From NCBI RefSeq assembly GCF_056746865.1, contig NZ_CM163382.1: a DNA stretch of 64,000 bases; one strand, written 5' to 3'. A program made the position numbers and the translations under genes. The notes beneath the pieces were generated by a model. That model did not search any database, was not told the origin of the DNA, and was given only the letters and a program-made list of their open reading frames with translations. Of the stretch, positions 21,870 to 32,174 are shown one piece after another; within the stretch, counting starts at the first letter, position 1, and each line of letters opens with the position of its first letter.

Positions 21870-21965
21870 TCAAATAAACCAGCCAAATCTCATAGAGATA
21901 AGAGTAAACAAACCAACAGCAGCAAAGACATTTATCAGTACTACAGTTCTACTGGAAACATTCAT
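21870..21965 (-). CDS. yncL: 31-aa small hydrophobic protein, YncL-like
   Basis: Minus-strand ATG at 21965 with aggtgg SD gives MNVSSRTVVLINVFAAVGLFTLISMRFGWFI; resembles the K-12 small membrane protein YncL from memory. Confidence 0.5.
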   Translation of the reverse strand: MNVSSRTVVLINVFAAVGLFTLISMRFGWFI

Positions 21966-22159
21966 TTTTGCCACCTTTTATCATTGCCCCTATGTGTATA
22001 GTACGGGTTAAGAAAATCCGCAATAATACTCATTCTGAAGATGGATAAGGGCAAGTTGCTGTTTGATGATTTTTTCTCAAACTGGTGAAAAAACTTGATG
22101 CACGTCAAAAAATGACGCATATTTGCGCGCGTTTTATTCATCTGGCTGGACGCCCGTAC

Positions 22160-22333
22160 ATGTCTCTCTATCAACACATGCTTGTTTTTTATGCGGTTAT
22201 GGCAGCAATCGCATTTCTTATCACCTGGTTTCTTTCTCACGATAAGAAACGCATCCGTTTCTTAAGCGCCTTTCTGGTGGGGGCAACATGGCCGATGAGT
22301 TTCCCGGTGGCGCTGTTGTTTTCACTGTTTTAA
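22160..22333 (+). CDS. ortT: Orphan toxin OrtT (small membrane protein)
   Basis: ATG at 22160 gives MSLYQHMLVFYAVMAAIAFLITWFLSHDKKRIRFLSAFLVGATWPMSFPVALLFSLF, 57 aa. Confidence 0.75.
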   Translation: MSLYQHMLVFYAVMAAIAFLITWFLSHDKKRIRFLSAFLVGATWPMSFPVALLFSLF

Positions 22334-22418
22334 ATCTTACTCACTGGCTTGACGGCACCACACAGACTTATATCATTTGGATGAATCGATAAATTTCACA
22401 AGTGGCTAAGGAGAAAGT

Positions 22419-22652
22419 ATGTCGCATCTGGATGAAGTCATCGCGCGCGTGGATGCCGCGATTGAAGAGAGCGTCATTGCCCATATGAACGAATTATTAA
22501 TCGCCCTGAGCGATGACGCGGAGTTAAGTCGGGAAGATCGCTATACCCAGCAGCAGCGTTTGCGCACCGCTATTGCTCATCATGGTCGCAAGCATAAAGA
22601 AGATATGGAAGCGCGCCACGAACAGTTAACCAAAGGCGGTACCATCCTCTGA
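22419..22652 (+). CDS. ydcY: Small protein YdcY
   Basis: 77-aa ORF with SD; position matches K-12 order. Confidence 0.8.
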   Translation: MSHLDEVIARVDAAIEESVIAHMNELLIALSDDAELSREDRYTQQQRLRTAIAHHGRKHKEDMEARHEQLTKGGTIL

Positions 22653-23102
22653 TTAAAATGAGCGTCTGGCCACCAGCCAGGCGCCAACCACAAGTAAAAT
22701 TGCGCCACAAATTGGGCCGATCAACGCCCGAAGTGGTACGCCATGGCTGCGGAAGATATCCAGCACCAGACCGCCAATCAGCTGGCTGGCGACCAGTACT
22801 GCAATAGTTGTTGCCGCTCCCACATTCTGATATCCGCTGATACTGGCGAAGACAAAAAACGATCCAAGCAAGCCAGGTATAAGTGTCCACCAGCGCACGC
22901 TGGACACCAGTTCACCAAACCCCTCCATACCTTGTTTAAACCACAAAATAGAAACGAACAGCACAATTCCTACCAAAGAGTTCAGCAACATGGCGATGAG
23001 AATGGTAGAGGAGCTCTGGGTGATGCGCACCATCAGCGTGTTTTGCACCACCAGACCAATTCCGGCGGCAATCAAAAAAGCAAGGGTAAGCGACTGATTC
23101 AT
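22653..23102 (-). CDS. ydcZ: Inner membrane protein YdcZ (DMT-like)
   Basis: 149-aa hydrophobic ORF, start overlapping the mnaT stop. Confidence 0.85.
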   Translation of the reverse strand: MNQSLTLAFLIAAGIGLVVQNTLMVRITQSSSTILIAMLLNSLVGIVLFVSILWFKQGMEGFGELVSSVRWWTLIPGLLGSFFVFASISGYQNVGAATTIAVLVASQLIGGLVLDIFRSHGVPLRALIGPICGAILLVVGAWLVARRSF

Positions 23103-23617
23103 CCAATCGCGTCCGGTTCAGTGCGCTCGTCGAGTTGCAACTGCATAAATGTCAGATCCAGCCAGCGCCCAAATTTAGTGCCTACCTGCGGCATTTGCGC
23201 GGTGACGACAAATCCCAGCGACTGGTGGAGATGCAGCGAAGCCTGATTTTGCGATTCGATCCCCGCGACCATGACATGCTTCCCGCAATCCCGCGCTTCA
23301 TCAATCAATCGGCTTAACAATTTACGCCCCAGACCTTTGCCCTGATGATCGGGATGGACATAAACCGAATGTTCCACGGTATGGCGAAAACCATCGAAAC
23401 TACGCCAGTCGCCAAACGAGGCATATCCTGTAACGACGCCATCTTCTTCACTCACCAGCACCGGATAACCTGCTATGGTCCGCGCTTCAAACCAGGCAAT
23501 GCGGTTATCTGCATCCACCGTTTGGTCATTCCAGATAGCCGCCGTATACAACACGGCGTGGTTATAAATTTCCGCAATGGCAGCACAGTCGGCTTTGCGG
23601 GCAAAACGGATGGACAT
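23099..23617 (-). CDS. mnaT: GNAT N-acetyltransferase (methionine derivative acetyltransferase)
   Basis: 172-aa ORF with GNAT motif QGKGLGRKLLSRLIDEAR. Confidence 0.85.
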   Translation of the reverse strand: MSIRFARKADCAAIAEIYNHAVLYTAAIWNDQTVDADNRIAWFEARTIAGYPVLVSEEDGVVTGYASFGDWRSFDGFRHTVEHSVYVHPDHQGKGLGRKLLSRLIDEARDCGKHVMVAGIESQNQASLHLHQSLGFVVTAQMPQVGTKFGRWLDLTFMQLQLDERTEPDAIG

Positions 23618-23797
23618 GTCTGGCCTCGATTAAATAATGATGATGACGTTATCAATACTATCGAAAACAGCCCGAAGCAACGGATTCCTCGATGAAATTA
23701 TTGCGTGTTGCAGAGGGGATGTGACGGCTGCAAACAAAACCAATCCCGTGAGCCTGCTACTATTGATCGATTCATGCCAAAAGCACAGGAGAGCATT

Positions 23798-24835
23798 ATG
23801 GGGCAACAAAAACAGCGTAATCGACGTTGGGTTCTGGCCTCGCGTCCGCATGGCGCGCCGGTTCCGGAGAATTTCCGTCTTGAAGAAGATGATATCGCCA
23901 CACCGGGTGAGGGACAGGTGTTACTGCGCACAGTTTATTTGTCACTGGACCCGTATATGCGTGGACGTATGAGCGATGAGCCATCTTATTCACCGCCGGT
24001 TGATATTGGCGGCGTGATGGTCGGCGGCACGGTGAGCCGTGTCGTGGAGTCGAATCATCCTGATTATCAGCCTGGCGACTGGGTGCTGGGCTACAGTGGA
24101 TGGCAGGACTATGACATATCCAGTGGTGATGATCTGGTGAAACTTGGCGATCATCCGCAAAATCCATCGTGGTCGCTGGGTGTGCTGGGGATGCCAGGCT
24201 TTACCGCTTATATGGGGCTGCTGGATATCGGTCAGCCCAAAGAGGGCGAAACGCTGGTGGTAGCTGCGGCGACAGGACCAGTGGGGGCGACGGTGGGTCA
24301 AATCGGCAAACTTAAAGGTTGCAGGGTGGTGGGGATAGCCGGTGGCGCGGAAAAATGCCGCCATGCTACCGAGGTGTTAGGCTTTGATGTTTGTCTTGAC
24401 CATCACGCGGATGATTTTGCCGAACAACTGGCGAAAGCGTGCCCAAAAGGCGTTGATATCTATTATGAAAACGTGGGCGGTAAAGTATTTGATGCGGTGC
24501 TACCGTTACTTAATACATCTGCGCGCATTCCCGTCTGCGGCTTAGTGAGCAGCTATAACGCTACAGAGCTACCACCCGGCCCGGATCGTTTACCTCTGCT
24601 GATGGCTACGGTGCTGAAAAAACGTATTCGCTTGCAAGGATTTATTATCGCTCAGGATTATGGTCACCGCATCCATGAGTTTCAGAAGGAGATGGGGCAA
24701 TGGGTGAAAGAGGATAAAATCCACTACCGCGAAGAAATTACTGACGGTTTAGAGAATGCGCCACAGACATTTATCGGCCTGCTGAAGGGTAAAAACTTCG
24801 GCAAAGTGGTGATCCGCGTGGCGGGTGATGATTAA
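23798..24835 (+). CDS. curA: NADPH-dependent curcumin / enone reductase (MDR family)
   Basis: ATG at 23798 with aggagag SD gives MGQQKQRNRRWVLASRPHGAP..., 345 aa. Confidence 0.9.
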   Translation: MGQQKQRNRRWVLASRPHGAPVPENFRLEEDDIATPGEGQVLLRTVYLSLDPYMRGRMSDEPSYSPPVDIGGVMVGGTVSRVVESNHPDYQPGDWVLGYSGWQDYDISSGDDLVKLGDHPQNPSWSLGVLGMPGFTAYMGLLDIGQPKEGETLVVAAATGPVGATVGQIGKLKGCRVVGIAGGAEKCRHATEVLGFDVCLDHHADDFAEQLAKACPKGVDIYYENVGGKVFDAVLPLLNTSARIPVCGLVSSYNATELPPGPDRLPLLMATVLKKRIRLQGFIIAQDYGHRIHEFQKEMGQWVKEDKIHYREEITDGLENAPQTFIGLLKGKNFGKVVIRVAGDD

Positions 24836-25032
24836 AGATACGACGGCGGCGTAAGCCGCCATAAAAATCCAGGCAAAAAGCTTATTTTCAGCTTTAATTA
24901 ACTAACCACGTCATTGTTCTGCTGCTAATAACAACAAAGGTGAGTGGTTTATGATTATTCACTTTAATACCCCAGGTGAACTCCTTCTGCCATGCAGGCA
25001 GGGTTGGACAGAAAACACGCGAAGGAATTAAA

Positions 25033-25698
25033 ATGCCTGGAACGGAAAAAATGAAACATGTCAGTTTGACTCTGCAGGTTGAGAATGACCTGAAACATCA
25101 GCTTAGTATTGGCGCACTAAAACCTGGCGCACGCCTGATTACTAAAAATCTGGCGGAGCAATTAGGTATGAGTATTACACCTGTGCGTGAAGCATTATTA
25201 CGTCTGGTTTCGGTGAATGCGCTTTCTGTCGCACCAGCGCAAGCATTTACAGTTCCGGAAGTGGGGAAACGTCAATTAGACGAAATCAATCGGATCCGCT
25301 ACGAGCTGGAATTAATGGCAGTTACTCTGGCTGTTGAAAACCTCACCCCGCAAGACCTGGCGGAACTCGAGGAATTGCTCGAGAAATTACAGCAGGCGCA
25401 AGAAAAGGGCGACATGGAACAAATCATTAATGCGAACAGGCTATTTCGCTTAGCGATTTATCATCGTTCAAATATGCCCATCCTGTGTGAGATGATTGAG
25501 CAACTGTGGGTCAGGATGGGACCTGGTTTACATTATCTCTATGAAGCGATTAATCCAGCGGAATTACGGGAGCGTATAGAAAACTATCGTCTATTACTCG
25601 CCGCGTTAAAAGCAAAAGACAAAGAGGGATGCAGACATTGTCTTGCTGAAATTATGCAACAAAATATTGCTATTTTATACCAGCAATACAATCGTTAA
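25033..25698 (+). CDS. mcbR: GntR-family transcriptional regulator McbR
   Basis: ATG at 25033 with gaagga SD, 221 aa; GntR/FadR-type HTH. Confidence 0.85.
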   Translation: MPGTEKMKHVSLTLQVENDLKHQLSIGALKPGARLITKNLAEQLGMSITPVREALLRLVSVNALSVAPAQAFTVPEVGKRQLDEINRIRYELELMAVTLAVENLTPQDLAELEELLEKLQQAQEKGDMEQIINANRLFRLAIYHRSNMPILCEMIEQLWVRMGPGLHYLYEAINPAELRERIENYRLLLAALKAKDKEGCRHCLAEIMQQNIAILYQQYNR

Positions 25699-25733
25699 AG
25701 TAAATGCCCGGCAAATACCGGGCATCAAGGTAA

Positions 25734-27836
25734 TTACTCAAATCGCCATGCAATATTCATGCCGACACCATAATTTCGCCCGGGCGCAGGTTCGTAATAT
25801 CGCCCGTTTGACTCATTGACAATGACAGAACCAACGTATTCTTTATCGAATAAATTATCGACACGACCAAATAAATCCACAGTTAAATTGTGGTAATTGT
25901 ATTTATACCCGGTGAATAAGCCGACGAGAGTATAAGACGGCGCTTTGGCCGTATTTTCATCATCTGCCATAATATCGCCCATATAACGCGCTTCCGTACC
26001 TGCATACCAGCCATCCTCCGGTACATAACCTATCGACGCAAAGCCCATATTACGGGCGATCCCTGGCATCCGATTACCGTTACAATCCTGTTCATTGCAA
26101 ACATTGCTGCGATAGGTCGCATCGAGCCAGGTCCAGGACGCTTTTACACGAAAATCTCCCGCGAAACGTTGATCCCATGCCAGCTCAGCGGCTTGACGAC
26201 GGGTCTTTCCGGCATTTTTGTAAGTCGTACGCCCACCGCTACTGCTATCGACAACAATTTCATCATCGGTGTCGGTCTGGAACAATGCGAGACTAAGCAG
26301 CCCATCACCAATACGCGTTTTACTGCCGATCTCAATTGTATCGTTGGTGGATGGTTTTAAACCAAAGTTCATACCGCTTTGACCGTCAGCACGATAAGAC
26401 AGCTCATTAATCGTCGGCGTTTCAAAACCTCGCCCGGCTGCCAGATAGATATTCCAGGCATCGGTCATTGCATATTTTAACGAACCGGCAGGTAGCCATT
26501 TGTGATAACTGGCATCACCGCTGTCATCGCCGTTACCCGGAGTAACGTAATGGTCGTTGGAATCAAACCATACGGAGCTGTAGCGCACGCCAGCATCCAG
26601 CGACAGTTTTTCGCTCAGCTGCCACTGTGTCTGCAAATAGGGATCGACGTTCCACATCAGATTGCGTTCGTCACGGCGCAACTCACCTTTTTGCCCGTAT
26701 TCCGGCACGCCGCTATTCAGGCGGAAGTTATTGTAGCCTTTGCGATTTTCACTCATGTTTTCGTAGTTCAGGCCGGTAGTGAACGTGAGCGGAACGCCCA
26801 GCTCGCCACGGTGTGTCCAGCGGCTGTCTATCCCCTGATAATGGCGTTGCAGAGTAATCACGCCGCCCGCATGCGACGGGTTAAGTTGTGGTGCCATCGG
26901 GATTGACTGGTACTGGGTCGTTTCTCGCTCCCCGGCATACATCATCACACTCATATCATCTTGTGCGCTCAGGCTACGTTCATAGCGCAACCCAGCCTGA
27001 GTTTGCTTGATGGTTTTTCGCGTGTCGTACTGTTCAGCGCGTGGCGCTTGTTGCGGATTCGCCTTCCATTCTGCTTCGGTTAGCCCACCTGGGTCATCTG
27101 CTTTGATATCCACACTATTGAAAATCAGGCTTAATTTGCTGGCGTCATCAATGCGTACGCCCAGTTTGGCATTGGCTAAATTTTTCTGTGCGCCACTATG
27201 ATCACGATAGCCGTGGGTCGTAAAGCGCGTGGTTGAGACGGTGTAATCGACATCGCCAGGCTGAGTGCCGTCGCCCATTGCGCCTGTTGCTTTCAGCCCA
27301 TAGCGCCAGCTGCCAAAACTGCCGTAGTAACTACTGGCTTCAATGGTTGGTGGCTGTTGTCCGGTCTGGGTGATGACATTCATTACACCGCCAGACGCGT
27401 TGCCATACAGAGCAGAGAAGGGGCCGCGCAGCACTTCCACATTTTGTACACTGCTTAAATCGATGTTGGATGTTTGCCCTTGTCCGTCGGGCATGGTGGC
27501 GGGAATACCGTCCACATACAGGCGAATACCGCGAATTCCGTAAGTGGAGCGGGAGCCAAATCCGCGAATCGACAGCTGTAAATCTTGCGCATAGTTCTGC
27601 CGGTTTTGTACCTGCAAACCAGGCACGCTGGTCAGTGATTCGGACAAGTTAATGCGCGGTGTTGCCAGGCGCATCTCCTCGCCATCCACCACGCTCACGG
27701 CTGCTGGGGTATCCAGTTCTGAAACCACCTGCGGTGCGGCACTGACAATCATGGTCTGTTCATCAGCGGCAAAAACAACGGGGGAAAGGACAAGCAGTGC
27801 GGGCAAAACGGTCTGTCGGACGGAAAAAATCTTCAT
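25734..27836 (-). CDS. yncD: TonB-dependent outer membrane receptor
   Basis: ATG at 27836 gives a signal peptide (MKIFSVRQTVLPALLVLSPVVFA); C-terminal aromatic residue (..AWRFE) typical of TonB-dependent barrels; 700 aa. Confidence 0.9.
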   Translation of the reverse strand: MKIFSVRQTVLPALLVLSPVVFAADEQTMIVSAAPQVVSELDTPAAVSVVDGEEMRLATPRINLSESLTSVPGLQVQNRQNYAQDLQLSIRGFGSRSTYGIRGIRLYVDGIPATMPDGQGQTSNIDLSSVQNVEVLRGPFSALYGNASGGVMNVITQTGQQPPTIEASSYYGSFGSWRYGLKATGAMGDGTQPGDVDYTVSTTRFTTHGYRDHSGAQKNLANAKLGVRIDDASKLSLIFNSVDIKADDPGGLTEAEWKANPQQAPRAEQYDTRKTIKQTQAGLRYERSLSAQDDMSVMMYAGERETTQYQSIPMAPQLNPSHAGGVITLQRHYQGIDSRWTHRGELGVPLTFTTGLNYENMSENRKGYNNFRLNSGVPEYGQKGELRRDERNLMWNVDPYLQTQWQLSEKLSLDAGVRYSSVWFDSNDHYVTPGNGDDSGDASYHKWLPAGSLKYAMTDAWNIYLAAGRGFETPTINELSYRADGQSGMNFGLKPSTNDTIEIGSKTRIGDGLLSLALFQTDTDDEIVVDSSSGGRTTYKNAGKTRRQAAELAWDQRFAGDFRVKASWTWLDATYRSNVCNEQDCNGNRMPGIARNMGFASIGYVPEDGWYAGTEARYMGDIMADDENTAKAPSYTLVGLFTGYKYNYHNLTVDLFGRVDNLFDKEYVGSVIVNESNGRYYEPAPGRNYGVGMNIAWRFE

Positions 27837-28077
27837 GAAAAAAGCCAGGTTAAGAATGGGAAAACGCCGCCATGGTAATAAAATTGTAAATATATGGAAA
27901 ACGAAACGGCACGATACGTTAAGTAATTGAGAAAATTGTAGTCGTAACGGCAAGAAATGCTCCACATTTGAGAAAATAATGATTACCATTCCCATTTATA
28001 ACAAGAGCGTAACGATGATTACGCTTAGCGAAGCATTGTGAAGCAGCAAAAATATCGGTTCATCAAAGGGAGTCGTC

Positions 28078-29139
28078 ATGCATTTACGTCATCTGTTTTC
28101 ATCGCGCCTGCGTGGTTCATTACTGTTAGGTTCATTGCTTGTTGCTTCATCATTCAGTACGCAGGCTGCAGAAGAAATGCTGCGTAAAGCGGTAGGTAAA
28201 GGTGCCTACGAAATGGCTTATAGCCAGCAGGAGAACGCGCTGTGGCTCGCCACTTCGCAAAGCCGCAAACTGGATAAAGGCGGCGTGGTTTATCGTCTTG
28301 ATCCGGTTACTCTGGAAGTGACGCAGGCGATCCATAACGATCTCAAGCCGTTTGGTGCCACCATCAATAACACGACTCAGACGTTGTGGTTTGGTAACAC
28401 TGTAAACAGCGCGGTCACGGCGATAGATGCCAAAACGGGCGAAGTGAAAGGCCGTCTGGTGCTGGATGATCGTAAGCGCACGGAAGAGGTGCGCCCGCTG
28501 CAACCGCGTGAGCTGGTAGCTGATGATGCCACGAACACCGTTTACATCAGTGGTATTGGTAAAGAGAGCGTGATTTGGGTCGTTGATGGCGAGAATATCA
28601 AACTGAAAACCGCCATCCAGAACACCGGTAAAATGAGTACCGGTCTGGCGCTGGATAGCAAAGGCAAACGTCTTTACACCACTAACGCTGACGGCGAATT
28701 GATTACCATCGACACCGCCGACAATAAAATCCTCAGCCGTAAAAAGCTGCTGGATGACGGCAAAGAGCACTTCTTTATCAACATTAGCCTTGATACCGCC
28801 AGGCAGCGTGCATTTATCACCGATTCTAAAGCCGCAGAAGTGTTAGTGGTCGATACCCGTAATGGCAATATTCTGGCGAAGGTTGCGGCACCGGAATCAC
28901 TGGCTGTGCTGTTTAACCCGGCGCGTAATGAAGCCTACGTAACGCATCGTCAGGCAGGTAAAGTCAGTGTGATTGACGCGAAAAGCTATAAAGTGGTGAA
29001 AACGTTCGATACGCCGACTCATCCGAACAGCCTGGCGCTGTCTGCCGATGGCAAAACGCTGTATGTCAGTGTGAAACAAAAATCCACTAAACAGCAGGAA
29101 GCTACCCAGCCGGACGATGTGATTCGTATTGCGCTGTAA
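28078..29139 (+). CDS. yncE: Periplasmic beta-propeller protein YncE
   Basis: 353-aa ORF with signal peptide. Confidence 0.85.
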   Translation: MHLRHLFSSRLRGSLLLGSLLVASSFSTQAAEEMLRKAVGKGAYEMAYSQQENALWLATSQSRKLDKGGVVYRLDPVTLEVTQAIHNDLKPFGATINNTTQTLWFGNTVNSAVTAIDAKTGEVKGRLVLDDRKRTEEVRPLQPRELVADDATNTVYISGIGKESVIWVVDGENIKLKTAIQNTGKMSTGLALDSKGKRLYTTNADGELITIDTADNKILSRKKLLDDGKEHFFINISLDTARQRAFITDSKAAEVLVVDTRNGNILAKVAAPESLAVLFNPARNEAYVTHRQAGKVSVIDAKSYKVVKTFDTPTHPNSLALSADGKTLYVSVKQKSTKQQEATQPDDVIRIAL

Positions 29140-29222
29140 TAGATATGGCGAGGGTGAAAACGGAGAGACTTGCCTGACTTTTATCACGCCGTATCCGGTA
29201 CCTTCGTCAGTAATTTGAATTT

Positions 29223-29247
29223 GCCCGGCACGTAGCCGGGCAATTTT
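29223..29247. terminator. Hairpin between convergent yncE and ansP
   Basis: gcccggc-acgta-gccgggc stem-loop followed by aatttt. Confidence 0.5.
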
Positions 29248-29251
29248 GCAA

Positions 29252-30751
29252 TTAACTCGCCGTTTCAGGCTTAAACACAATTTCCTGTTGTTCTTCATCT
29301 TCCTCGACGACTGGCGCAGTGCTGTGAATTTCAGCAACGCGTTTGCGCACACCAAACCAGCCTATAACCAGCAGAATACCGATAATCGGCAGCGCCGCGA
29401 TGGTATAAGTCCCGTTCGGGTAATCGAACGCCATCAGCACCAGGACGCTCAGCAAAAACAGTAATGTCAGCCAGGAAGTGAAGGGCGCGCCAGGCAGTTT
29501 AAAACTCACATCCGCGGCTTTGCCTTCTTTAATCGCTTTACGCAGGCGCATCTGGCACACGATGATAAACGCCCATGAGGCGATGATTCCCAGCGACGCG
29601 AAGTTCAACACAATCTCAAATACGCGCGACGGCACCAGATAGTTGAGGAATACGCCGACGACATACACAACCAGTGTCGCCAGAATCCCGGCATACGGCA
29701 CATGCTGACGACTCATTTTCGCCATAAAACTCGGTGCGGAACCGCCCATCGCCATTGAGCGCAGAATACGTCCGGTGCAGTACAGACCTGAGTTCAGGCT
29801 GGAGAGGGCAGCGGTCAGCACCACAATGTTCATAATGCTGCCGATATATGGCACACCCAGTTTAGAGAAAAACGTCACGAACGGACTTTGCCCCGCCTGA
29901 TATGCGCTCCACGGCAATAACATAACCAGCAACACCACGGAGCCGACGTAAAACAGGCCAATACGCCAAATCACACTGTTAATCGCTTTAGGCACCATGG
30001 TCTGCGGATCTTTACATTCTCCGGCAGCTGTACCCACCATTTCAATGGAGGCAAAAGCAAACACTACGCCCTGAATCAACACCAGCGCAGGCAGCAAACC
30101 GTGGGGGAAGAAGCCGCCATTATCGGTAATTAAATGAAAACCAGTGGTGTTGCCATCCAGCGGCTGACCACTACCGAGGAACACTGTACCCACGACCAAA
30201 AAGGTCACAATGGCGAGCACTTTAATAAGCGCAAACCAGAACTCCATCTCGGCAAACCATTTCACACCGATCATATTCATGGTGCCAACGATGGTCAGCG
30301 CAGCGAGCGCAAAGACCCACTGCGGCACGCCGCCAAACGCACCCCAGTAATGCATATACAGAGCGACGGCGGTAATATCGACAATCCCCGTCATCGCCCA
30401 GTTGATGAAGTACATCCAGCCTGCAACGTAAGCGGCTTTCTCTCCTAAAAACTCACGGGCATAAGAGACAAAACTGCCACTGGAAGGGCGGTGTAGCACC
30501 AGCTCACCCAATGCACGCAGAATAAAAAATGAAAACAGGCCGCAGATTAAATAGACCAGTGCCAGTGCTGGCCCCGCCATTTGCAGTCGGGCTCCCGCGC
30601 CTAAAAACAAACCCGTACCAATCGCGCCGCCAATGGCGATCATCTGTACCTGGCGATTGCCCATCGCTTTGTGATACCCCTCTTCGTGGGCATTAAGCCA
30701 GCGGCGTTTCGCGGCGTGCTGATCTGAAGTGTCGGTGTCGTGTTTACTCAT
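29252..30751 (-). CDS. ansP: L-asparagine permease (APC family)
   Basis: ATG at 30751 gives MSKHDTDTSDQHAAKRRWLNAHEEGYHKAM..., 499 aa, polytopic. Confidence 0.9.
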   Translation of the reverse strand: MSKHDTDTSDQHAAKRRWLNAHEEGYHKAMGNRQVQMIAIGGAIGTGLFLGAGARLQMAGPALALVYLICGLFSFFILRALGELVLHRPSSGSFVSYAREFLGEKAAYVAGWMYFINWAMTGIVDITAVALYMHYWGAFGGVPQWVFALAALTIVGTMNMIGVKWFAEMEFWFALIKVLAIVTFLVVGTVFLGSGQPLDGNTTGFHLITDNGGFFPHGLLPALVLIQGVVFAFASIEMVGTAAGECKDPQTMVPKAINSVIWRIGLFYVGSVVLLVMLLPWSAYQAGQSPFVTFFSKLGVPYIGSIMNIVVLTAALSSLNSGLYCTGRILRSMAMGGSAPSFMAKMSRQHVPYAGILATLVVYVVGVFLNYLVPSRVFEIVLNFASLGIIASWAFIIVCQMRLRKAIKEGKAADVSFKLPGAPFTSWLTLLFLLSVLVLMAFDYPNGTYTIAALPIIGILLVIGWFGVRKRVAEIHSTAPVVEEDEEQQEIVFKPETAS

Positions 30752-31017
30752 TGCTCTCCCTGATTGCTTTAATGAAAAAGTCATATAAGTTGCCATGAAC
30801 AATGTTTATTCATCCTGGCGATGATAGTTATCACCATTATTCTTTATGGGTATAAAACTATCGGCGCAGCATCCTACCCGTTATCGATAAACGATGCAAA
30901 ACATCCCCTTACAATCCTGAAGGGGAATAATACAACTGACGAAAAAATGACAAATCCTTTTGCTGGTTAACCTGTGTACTGTCCTACACTTAATCTTTAA
31001 AAGATTGTGAGGGGCAT

Positions 31018-31635
31018 ATGATTAAGGTGTATGGCGTACCCGGATGGGGCTCTACAATCAGTGAGCTGATGCTAACACTGGCTGATATTCCTTATCAGTT
31101 CGTTGATGTCAGTGGTTTTGACCACGAGGGAACCTCACGCGAGTTATTGAAAACCCTGAACCCGTTGTGTCAGATTCCGACACTGGCGCTGGAAAATGAC
31201 GAGATTATGACGGAGACAGCGGCGATTGCATTGATGGTTCTCGATCGTCGCCCGGACCTTGCGCCACCGGTTGGGCGCGCCGAACGTCAGCAGTTTCAAC
31301 GGCTATTGGTCTGGCTGGTTGCTAATGTCTATCCAACATTCACTTTCGCCGATTACCCTGAGCGTTGGGCTCCTGACGCACCCGAACAGTTAAAGAATAA
31401 TGTTATTGAATATCGTAAATCGCTTTATATCTGGCTGAATTCACAATTGACCGCTGAACCTTATGCCTTTGGCGAGCAACTAACGCTGGTGGACTGTTAT
31501 CTCTGCACCATGCGCACATGGGGGCCGGGGCATGAATGGTTTCACGATAATGCGCAGAATATCAGCGCGATCGCTGAAGCTGTATGTCAGTTACCGAAAT
31601 TACAAGAAGTATTAAAAAGGAATGTCATTATTTAA
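31018..31635 (+). CDS. yncG: Glutathione S-transferase homolog
   Basis: 205-aa ORF with GST-like fold signature. Confidence 0.85.
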   Translation: MIKVYGVPGWGSTISELMLTLADIPYQFVDVSGFDHEGTSRELLKTLNPLCQIPTLALENDEIMTETAAIALMVLDRRPDLAPPVGRAERQQFQRLLVWLVANVYPTFTFADYPERWAPDAPEQLKNNVIEYRKSLYIWLNSQLTAEPYAFGEQLTLVDCYLCTMRTWGPGHEWFHDNAQNISAIAEAVCQLPKLQEVLKRNVII

Positions 31636-32174
31636 CAATAATGCCGGAGGTTAATGTTAATGAATCACTGGCGTAATTAACTGGATATCCATTTGTTTGC
31701 TATGAATAGTAATTAAAGTTGGTACAACTATTTATATGATTGATGTAATTTCGTTTTTTATATGAAATATCAATTTAATATAATCCGAAAATAAAACATC
31801 TTTTCGCATGTAGAGAAACATGTCGATATGATAGTGCAGTGCAGATCATGTCATCAGGGTAGGGCGGTAGCGTATTTAATCAGGGAAAGATTACGCAACG
31901 CTGCTTTTTTGTATTGAACGATTCGCATTTTATGTTTAAAAATTGCGATATTCCTTATTTCCTGAAGCTGTTTTTATTGCTTATACATGATCAAATACTC
32001 CTTACATAATTAAGGAGAACAAAATGGAACTTAATACACGCCAACAATTTGTATTACTTAAATAGACCAGTGAAGGTACGCATCAGAACATCCGGTGAAG
32101 TGATTAATATTTCGTTGAATATTTCTCCCGATTTTTGAAACCTGCTGCTGTAGAAATTCTGAACAGGAGGAATT

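Noticed and set aside
21804-22001. Plus-strand 65-aa ORF overlapping the yncL-like gene
   Set aside because: Opposite strand to the small ORF that has a good SD and a hydrophobic product; the plus-strand ORF has no SD and a low-complexity product.
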